DNA from: an uncultured Alphaproteobacteria bacterium
Lineage (GTDB): Bacteria; Pseudomonadota; Alphaproteobacteria; RF32; CAG-239
Assembly (NCBI GenBank): GCA_934254585.1
Contig: CAKQLF010000001.1
Location: 245,250 to 309,249, forward strand
DNA length: 64,000 nt
Direction: 5' to 3'
The notes under the pieces are model-generated. The model ran no database searches. It saw only the letters and a list, made by a program, of their open reading frames with translations, and was not told the origin of the DNA. This document shows positions 57,879 to 64,000 of this stretch, piece by piece; the stretch's first letter is position 1; each line of letters begins with the position of its first letter. Made by a program: the position numbers and the translations under genes.

Positions 57879-58623
57879 TTTTATTTCCTCTGGTTAAAAA
57901 TTCAAAAACTTCGTCATTCGGCGGATTTTTAAGAATATCCTGCGGGTTTCCTCGCGCTAAAATACTTTTACTGCTCGGGTCCAAAAAAATGGAATTGGTG
58001 CCAATGGCAAAGATAGAAGCCAGTTCGTGCGTGACAACCACAATAGTGGTGCCCAAGCTTTGATTAATTTCTATAATCAGATTGTCTAAATTGCGGGAAC
58101 TTATCGGGTCTAATCCGGCCGAGGGTTCATCAAAATAAACAATTTCCGGATCAAGAGCCAGGGCGCGGGCTAAGCCGGCGCGTTTTTTCATTCCGCCGCT
58201 AATTTCCGACGGATAAAAATCATCGAATCCGGTTAGTCCGACCAACGATAATTTCAGTGAGGCCAGTTCTTTTATTTCCGCTTCGGAATAGGTTGAATAT
58301 TGCTGTAAGGGAAGAGCGATGTTTTCAGCCAAAGTCATAGAACTGAAAAGGGCTCCGCTTTGATAGAGAATCCCTGATTTTTGGCGAATTTTTTCAAGTT
58401 GTTTCGGGGTGGTTTTATAGAGGTTTTCACCGTCAATGATTACATCGCCCGCCAGCGGCGGCAATAAGCCGGTCAACACGCGGAGCATACTGCTTTTTCC
58501 GCAACCGCTACCGCCCATTATAATAAAAATATCACCTTTGTTTACCACAAAATCGGCATTTTTCTGTAAAATGAAATTGCCGTATCCCATTGTCAGATTA
58601 TTTGCTTCAATGATTGTTGTCAT
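57856..58623 (-). CDS. mlaF: ABC transporter ATP-binding protein MlaF-like
   Basis: Walker A GGSGCGKSS, signature LSGGMKKR and Walker B. Start MTTIIEANNL at 58623 abuts the upstream stop. Confidence 0.8.
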   Translation of the reverse strand: MTTIIEANNLTMGYGNFILQKNADFVVNKGDIFIIMGGSGCGKSSMLRVLTGLLPPLAGDVIIDGENLYKTTPKQLEKIRQKSGILYQSGALFSSMTLAENIALPLQQYSTYSEAEIKELASLKLSLVGLTGFDDFYPSEISGGMKKRAGLARALALDPEIVYFDEPSAGLDPISSRNLDNLIIEINQSLGTTIVVVTHELASIFAIGTNSIFLDPSSKSILARGNPQDILKNPPNDEVFEFLTRGNKNAEKHHI

Positions 58624-59834
58624 ATATCCAACTCCTGACAAATTACCGTGATAATTCCAGTGACCACAATCATCCAGACAATGGCGCAAACCACAGAACG
58701 AGTAGTGGCTAATCCAACGCTATCAGAGTTGCGTCCGCAGTTTATTCCCTGATAACAACCACACAAAGCAATGATAACGCCAAAACACAAACTGTGAAAC
58801 AGACCGACCAAAAAGTTGTTTAAATGAAAGGCATTAAAGGCATATTTCCAATATTCCTGATAAGGTAAACCAATCAGAACCACTCCGACAAATGCTCCGC
58901 CGACCATTCCCATAAAATCGGACAGCATTGTGAGAATAGGCATGGCAATAACCAAAGCCAATAAACGCGGCAACACTAAAAAATCTATGCGCGACAGTCC
59001 CATTGTTTCCAACGCGTCGAGTTCCTCGTTTACCTGCATTGTGCCAAGAGCGGCGGCGTAAGAAGAACCGGTGCGGCCGGCCATAATAATCCCCACCATA
59101 ATTGCTCCCATAATGCGACACATTCCAATGGTAACTAAACTGGCAATATAAATTTGCGCGCCAAATTCTTGTAGTTGAACGCCACCGACAAAGGCAAGAA
59201 TCAATCCCACTAAAAAGCTGATGAGTGAAACAATGGCTAAAGCTTGCGGCCCGCAATCATTCAGAGCGGTTAAAAAGTCCTTTTTCCGCATAACCGTGGC
59301 AGCGGCAAACAAGCGACCGATTGCGCCAAAAGTTTGGAGGCAAAAATGGATAACTTTAGCTGAAATACGGCAAAGATTTATGGTGTGAAAACCAAGATTT
59401 TCAATAAATCCTAAATGAGATTCCGACGATTTATCAGGTGAGCGGTTAACTTCAAAAGCTAAATTTATTAAATCTTGGATATTATTTGGCAAGCTTTTCA
59501 AATCAGTCGCAATTTTTTGTTGTCGGGCTAATTTTACAGTTTCAAAAATAATTAAAAGCAGTGAAGAATCCCATTCACCCAATTGCGAAGAGTTAAAGCA
59601 AATTTGAGCCGGATTTTTTTTAACGGAACTACGGATTTTTGCTAAATCCGCTGTTCCGTCAAATTGCTTAAAGCTTCCGGCAAAACAAACTGCCAAACAA
59701 TTATTATCGGTGTGTAAGGTTATTTCCGGAGTTTGTTTATTCGCCGCTTTGGTCATTGTGTTGCTCCAATGCTTCATACAGCTCTTCTGTTTCCATTTCA
59801 TCAAGAGTTTCAAGCGGAACGGAATAGTCGCCAT
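58620..59834 (-). CDS. mlaE: MlaE-like ABC permease with N-terminal STAS (MlaB-like) extension
   Basis: C-terminal 250 aa is the MlaE permease. N-terminal ~140 aa is STAS-like (LAVCFAGSF...). Confidence 0.65.
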   Translation of the reverse strand: MATIPFRLKLLMKWKQKSCMKHWSNTMTKAANKQTPEITLHTDNNCLAVCFAGSFKQFDGTADLAKIRSSVKKNPAQICFNSSQLGEWDSSLLLIIFETVKLARQQKIATDLKSLPNNIQDLINLAFEVNRSPDKSSESHLGFIENLGFHTINLCRISAKVIHFCLQTFGAIGRLFAAATVMRKKDFLTALNDCGPQALAIVSLISFLVGLILAFVGGVQLQEFGAQIYIASLVTIGMCRIMGAIMVGIIMAGRTGSSYAAALGTMQVNEELDALETMGLSRIDFLVLPRLLALVIAMPILTMLSDFMGMVGGAFVGVVLIGLPYQEYWKYAFNAFHLNNFLVGLFHSLCFGVIIALCGCYQGINCGRNSDSVGLATTRSVVCAIVWMIVVTGIITVICQELDI

Positions 59835-59952
59835 TGAACCAACGTCCTAAATCAATGTCGGCACAGCGTTTGGAACAAAACGGAGCATATTTGTCATCGG
59901 CGCACAGTTTGTGACAAATCGGACATTTATGTGTTTTGATGACATTTTCCAT
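59737..59952 (-). CDS. yacG: DNA gyrase inhibitor YacG (zinc finger)
   Basis: CPICHK...CSKRCADIDLGRWF. Confidence 0.75.
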   Translation of the reverse strand: MENVIKTHKCPICHKLCADDKYAPFCSKRCADIDLGRWFNGDYSVPLETLDEMETEELYEALEQHNDQSGE

Positions 59953-59955
59953 TGT

Positions 59956-61119
59956 TTAAGGCTCCACTCTTCCGGTTCCGTTGCAAGTCGGACATTCAAC
60001 CGTGTATAAATCTCTCAGGCTCGGACGACGGCGTTGGCGCAAAATTTCAATATTTCCGCCGCGGCTCAGTCCCAAAACTCTGCTATGACATATATCATCG
60101 GCAAGCTCTTCTTCCAAGGTTTCAATAACTTTTTTCATAAAACGATATTCAGAAGAACCGGCAAAGTCTATGATGATTTTTCCGGATAAGTTGCGCAATC
60201 TGATTTGACGGGAGATTTCTTTAGCGGCCTCAATGTTCAGGCTGTCAATTTCACCGACATTTTTTTTACCCGCGCTATCAACATCAATTGCCACAAATGC
60301 TCGTGTTTCTTCAATATGGATATTGCCGCCGTGTTTTAATTTCACCGTGCGGTTTAAGGCTTCAATAATGGCATCGTCTATTCCAAACGTTTCAAAGGCT
60401 TCTTTTTGTAAAGTAACAGTGCCGTTAAAAACACTTTCAACCTGTTCTTTCAGTTTGGGCGAATCGACAACAATTTCTCTCAAACTGTCTTTGTAACGGC
60501 GAATATATTCAAACAGCGGGTTTTCTTTGGTGTACAAAACAGCCGGAGCAGTTAAGGTGCGAGCTTTTTTGCGAATGTTTTCGTAGGCGTCACGCAGTGA
60601 GGTCATTTCTTCCAACAACTGAGCTTCGGTGGCTTCGACTGCCGCTGTGCGTAAAATCCACCCCTCTTGACCCAAGCAACGTTCTTGAACTGTTTTTCGG
60701 TAAGCGTTTGCTTTTTCAACGTCTTCTATTTTAGAAGAAACATCAACATCAAATTTGAACGGACAATAAACCAGATAAGTGCCGGCAAGCTGAATGTTGC
60801 GGACAACTTTCGCCCCTTTTTCGGCTCTTTTTTCTTGAGCAACTTGGACAACAACGCTTTGTCCTTCATTCATATTTGCTTCTTTTAGTGCGGGTTCGTA
60901 TGAATTTAAGAAAGCTTCGTGTCCGTCGCCTATGTTGACCATAAAACCGGTACGATCATTAGCTAAGCTTATTTTTTTGCTGATGCGGCCGAGATAAACA
61001 TTGCCTTCCAAAGCGCGGTTTTCATTATAAATATCAATTTCCATCAGTCCTGTTTCGTCAAAAACGGCAATTCCGGACGCTTCATCGTTACGGTCAAATA
61101 TGATTTTTTCTGCTTTCAT
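59956..61119 (-). CDS. rng: Ribonuclease E/G family protein
   Basis: S1 domain (GNVYLGRISK) and a CPTCNGTGRV Zn-link motif. 387 aa is short for full-length RNase G. Confidence 0.6.
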   Translation of the reverse strand: MKAEKIIFDRNDEASGIAVFDETGLMEIDIYNENRALEGNVYLGRISKKISLANDRTGFMVNIGDGHEAFLNSYEPALKEANMNEGQSVVVQVAQEKRAEKGAKVVRNIQLAGTYLVYCPFKFDVDVSSKIEDVEKANAYRKTVQERCLGQEGWILRTAAVEATEAQLLEEMTSLRDAYENIRKKARTLTAPAVLYTKENPLFEYIRRYKDSLREIVVDSPKLKEQVESVFNGTVTLQKEAFETFGIDDAIIEALNRTVKLKHGGNIHIEETRAFVAIDVDSAGKKNVGEIDSLNIEAAKEISRQIRLRNLSGKIIIDFAGSSEYRFMKKVIETLEEELADDICHSRVLGLSRGGNIEILRQRRRPSLRDLYTVECPTCNGTGRVEP

Positions 61120-61691
61120 CGTATATTCTCCCCTTTTAATAAGTTTAGTGTTTCGTAGAGCGGCAATCCAATAATTCCGCTGTAAGAGCCCAAAATGCGG
61201 CAGACATAACCGGCTAAAGTTCCGTCAATGCGATAGCCGCAAACTCCGTGCCATTCGTCGCCGTCAACATAGCTTTTTATTTCGTCCGGTGTTAAAGTTT
61301 TCATTGAAACTTTAGAACTTACGGTTCTTTGTGAAATTTTGCCGTGCTTATTGATTAGACACACCGCACTGATAACGCGGTGTGTTTTTCCCGATAGCAA
61401 ATTCATTACTTTTGTTTGTTCTTCGGCATTTTGTGATTTATGCAAAATTCTTTTGCCAACCGCAACAATAGTGTCACAAGCCAAAATGTTTTCATTCGGA
61501 TTGTCTTGAGCCACTTTCCGCGCTTTTTCAAGAGCCATACGTCGAACATAGGGTAAAGGGTCTTCGTGAGGCAAACAATCTTCGCAAATGGCCGCCGGTA
61601 CAATTTTTTTGGGCTCATAAGCAATTTGCCGCAACAAAGCAATGCGTTGCGGCGAACCGGAGGCTAAGATAAAATCTTTTGTTTCAACCAT
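61116..61691 (-). CDS. maf: Maf-like nucleoside triphosphate pyrophosphatase
   Basis: ILASGSPQR N-terminus, 191 aa. Confidence 0.8.
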   Translation of the reverse strand: MVETKDFILASGSPQRIALLRQIAYEPKKIVPAAICEDCLPHEDPLPYVRRMALEKARKVAQDNPNENILACDTIVAVGKRILHKSQNAEEQTKVMNLLSGKTHRVISAVCLINKHGKISQRTVSSKVSMKTLTPDEIKSYVDGDEWHGVCGYRIDGTLAGYVCRILGSYSGIIGLPLYETLNLLKGENIR

Positions 61692-61697
61692 TGGGCG

Positions 61698-62123
61698 TTA
61701 CGCCTCATCATCATAAGTTTTTTCCATACGTTCGTGACGTTCTTGCGCTTCAATAGAAAGTGTGGCAACCGGACGTGCTTCCAATCTGTCCAAACCGATA
61801 GGTTCGCCGGTTTCTTCGCAATAGCCGTAAGTTCCGTCTTCAATACGGTCAAGAGCATCATCAATTTTAGAAATAAGCTTGCGGATACGATCTTTTGTAC
61901 GCAAATCAAGTGATTTATCGGTTTCTAAAGAAGCTCTGTCAATTTCATCAGGCTGATTCAGCCCGCCTTGCCGCAGGTCTTCCAGAGTGTCAACAGATTG
62001 AGAAATAATAGATTTCTTCCAATTTTCGAGCTTCTGTCGGAAATATTCAAGCTGCATATCATTCATATATTCTTCATTTGCAGACGGTTTGTAATCCGGC
62101 GGTAAAACAATAGAAGCTGTCAT
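61698..62123 (-). CDS. dksA: RNA polymerase-binding regulator DksA
   Basis: Coiled coil plus a C-terminal zinc-finger region (YGYCEETGEPIGLDRLEARPVATLSIEAQERHE). Confidence 0.8.
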   Translation of the reverse strand: MTASIVLPPDYKPSANEEYMNDMQLEYFRQKLENWKKSIISQSVDTLEDLRQGGLNQPDEIDRASLETDKSLDLRTKDRIRKLISKIDDALDRIEDGTYGYCEETGEPIGLDRLEARPVATLSIEAQERHERMEKTYDDEA

Positions 62124-62213
62124 TTGTTATCTCCTTTTAAAATTATTTTTATAATAGTTAGCAAAAATGGGGTGAAACTTCAAGTCTTTTTGTGATTTAA
62201 TAACACAAAAGGC

Positions 62214-62855
62214 TTAGTTAAATACCCACATAATTTGGTTGGTGTTTCTCGGTTTATTGCATTGGCCGTTATCATCAGCTGAAACACCGGTCAAAGCCGA
62301 CCGTTTTGTAGGCAAAGTAAAGTCCTCGGAGCTGATAACGGTATATATCGGCCAGAACCAATGATATTGATTGTTTATAACAATTGAATATAAATCGGAA
62401 ATGGTGTTTCTTTCCCAATTTTTCATTCCAAGCTCAATACACTGATCGCGGGTTAATCCTTCAAAAGTTATGGCAAATTGGTTGGAATCGGCGTCATCCG
62501 GAACGCTGATGTTTACTCTGCCGCCAAAAGCGTGATAGATGCTGTTACCTGATGAGCCTTTTACTACGCGAAAACTTGAAGGAATAATCTTCAAACCTTC
62601 TTTGTTTAGGGTGTCATTTTCTGATTTGCCGTTAATCATATCCACGGTTTCGACATAACTCGCACTTACGGCCGAAGCTTTAACAATGGCTCCGGATAAA
62701 TCTGAAATTTGGATTACGGACTGACTTAATTTATATTCGTTATATGCACCGGATATAATTTTGCTGACACCGGCAACAATCGCCATTACCGCTCCCATAT
62801 AGCCGATAACTTCAATCATAGAACGACCGGATTGTGTGTTTTTGTAGTCTGACAT
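62214..62855 (-). CDS. Type IV pilin/pseudopilin-like protein
   Basis: N-terminal G|RSMIEV followed by a hydrophobic helix, matching a prepilin peptidase site (G, then E at +5). Confidence 0.4.
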   Translation of the reverse strand: MSDYKNTQSGRSMIEVIGYMGAVMAIVAGVSKIISGAYNEYKLSQSVIQISDLSGAIVKASAVSASYVETVDMINGKSENDTLNKEGLKIIPSSFRVVKGSSGNSIYHAFGGRVNISVPDDADSNQFAITFEGLTRDQCIELGMKNWERNTISDLYSIVINNQYHWFWPIYTVISSEDFTLPTKRSALTGVSADDNGQCNKPRNTNQIMWVFN

Positions 62856-62976
62856 TTTTTACACCTCTTATAAAAGATATCACAAAAAAATTATTTTAAC
62901 AATAAAATAGCTTTATTTTTGAGATAATTTTACTATAATACCCATATTAAGCGTTTTCTATTTGGGATAAGAATAA

Positions 62977-63531
62977 ATGAAAAAGATTACATTTGTTTTA
63001 ATATTTGGAGCAATCTTCATAAATTTAAACAACGCCGCGGCGGACAACTATAAGTATGTTCCGTATATTGGCGGCGGATATCAATTTGATAAAGCTCAGT
63101 TGGCAGAAGTCAGACCGCAATATCATTCCGTTTATTTATATGTTGGGTCGGATTACAGTTCATATTTCGGAACGGAATTGTTTTTCAGTCAAAGTGCTTC
63201 AGAAAATAACAAACTTGGCAATAAAAAACTAAAAAGTTCATATCGCGCCTATGGTTTAGATGTGTTGGGATATTTGCCGGTAGATTGTCAGAAGAAATTT
63301 TCATTGGCAGCAACCGCCGGATTTGGCGAGTATACTTTTAATTTGAAAAAAACGACTGCGGTCAAACATCACAATGAACACGGATACGGCTATCGCTTGG
63401 GCGGTGGATTTAAATATGTGTTAGATGCTCATTGGCAAGCTCGTTTGTTGGCGCGTTATGTCAGATTTGATAAAGTTGATGATGTGAATCAATCGTTGGA
63501 ATATACATTGAGTGCGGAATATCATTTTTAG
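62977..63531 (+). CDS. Outer-membrane beta-barrel protein (OmpA-like/porin family)
   Basis: Signal peptide, alternating amphipathic strands, C-terminal YHF. Confidence 0.55.
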   Translation: MKKITFVLIFGAIFINLNNAAADNYKYVPYIGGGYQFDKAQLAEVRPQYHSVYLYVGSDYSSYFGTELFFSQSASENNKLGNKKLKSSYRAYGLDVLGYLPVDCQKKFSLAATAGFGEYTFNLKKTTAVKHHNEHGYGYRLGGGFKYVLDAHWQARLLARYVRFDKVDDVNQSLEYTLSAEYHF

Positions 63532-63546
63532 AGGGAGTAAGTATAA

Positions 63547-64000
63547 ATGTTGAAAAAAATTATAGTCATAACAGCTCTTTTGTTGTTAGTCGGATTTAGT
63601 GTTTCTTTGGTATATAAAACAAATAATGCAAGAGTTAAAGAAAATCAGAACGAGCCGGTTAAAGAAGCTGAACTTCCGGATACGGTGTTTGTGTTTAGCA
63701 AAGATACGCTGACAGAAGGCTGTTCTCAAAATGATGAACAGTTTTGTGCTGTGGAAAAGGCGGTGAAATGTACAATTAATCCCGACTTGAATGGTTGCAG
63801 CGAGGCTAATCTGCCAAAATTTATTTTTATGCAAGATCCGGGATTGGATAGACCGACTGAAATTCGCTATAAAATAGTTAACAAGCGCGTATTGGTGAAC
63901 AACAATGTGGAAATTCACACCGAAAGTTCTTGCAACGGCGGTTGGTTCGGACTTTGTCAGGGTACGGTTATTTATGTTTTATCCGAACCTGAAGGCGGAA
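63547..64000 (+). CDS. Secreted/membrane-anchored Cys-rich hypothetical protein (3'-partial at window end)
   Basis: ATG at 63547 (MLKKIIVITALLLLVGFSV...). Open to the window end, so absent from the ORF track. The antisense ORF 63586..63918 is rejected. Confidence 0.4.
   Translation, partial: MLKKIIVITALLLLVGFSVSLVYKTNNARVKENQNEPVKEAELPDTVFVFSKDTLTEGCSQNDEQFCAVEKAVKCTINPDLNGCSEANLPKFIFMQDPGLDRPTEIRYKIVNKRVLVNNNVEIHTESSCNGGWFGLCQGTVIYVLSEPEGG

Noticed and set aside
63586-63918. 110-aa minus-strand ORF near window end
   Set aside because: Antisense to a better plus-strand ORF starting at 63547 with signal peptide and RBS that runs off the window.

Overview
AT-rich bacterial chromosome segment, probably a host-associated alphaproteobacterium (DUF1013 protein; lptFG-lptD-surA-rsmA, zapA-6S and fabD-fabG contexts). 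Most of the window is core housekeeping: grpE, lptFG/lptD/surA/rsmA, lepA, cmk, rsmE, lysS, ftsK, fabD/fabG, SulP, rpmE, efp, zapA plus a 6S-RNA-like locus, a PMP-type autotransporter, tsaD, nth, an Mla/Mce ABC operon, yacG, RNase E/G, maf and dksA. The accessory part lies between about 22.4 and 37.4 kb. A tRNA-Glu(UUC) gene is followed by roughly 14 kb of even more AT-rich DNA. This DNA is partitioned by four direct repeats, each carrying the tRNA 3' end plus its flanking terminator (22424, 34124, 35125, 35926). Segment 1 (11.7 kb) holds a decayed integrase/excisionase/DUF3768 module. It also holds a four-gene restriction-modification locus (Dam-like MTase, second N6/N4 MTase, two nuclease candidates) and a large serine recombinase. 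The most interesting item is a tightly coupled four-gene operon encoding a Panacea-domain protein, a small multi-TM protein, a 139-aa PD-(D/E)xK-like protein and a 457-aa Cys-rich protein with tRNA-guanine-transglycosylase-like motifs (CDCxxC). Two further repeat-bounded single-gene cassettes carry an archaemetzincin-like metalloprotease and a secreted protein. They are followed by a small serine recombinase (resolvase/invertase). Other notable genes are an archaeal-type ADP-dependent sugar kinase, an MlaE-STAS fusion and a GT-C-like membrane protein coupled to an ArsR regulator. All calls rest on reading the ORF translations and raw sequence by eye. No database searches were run.
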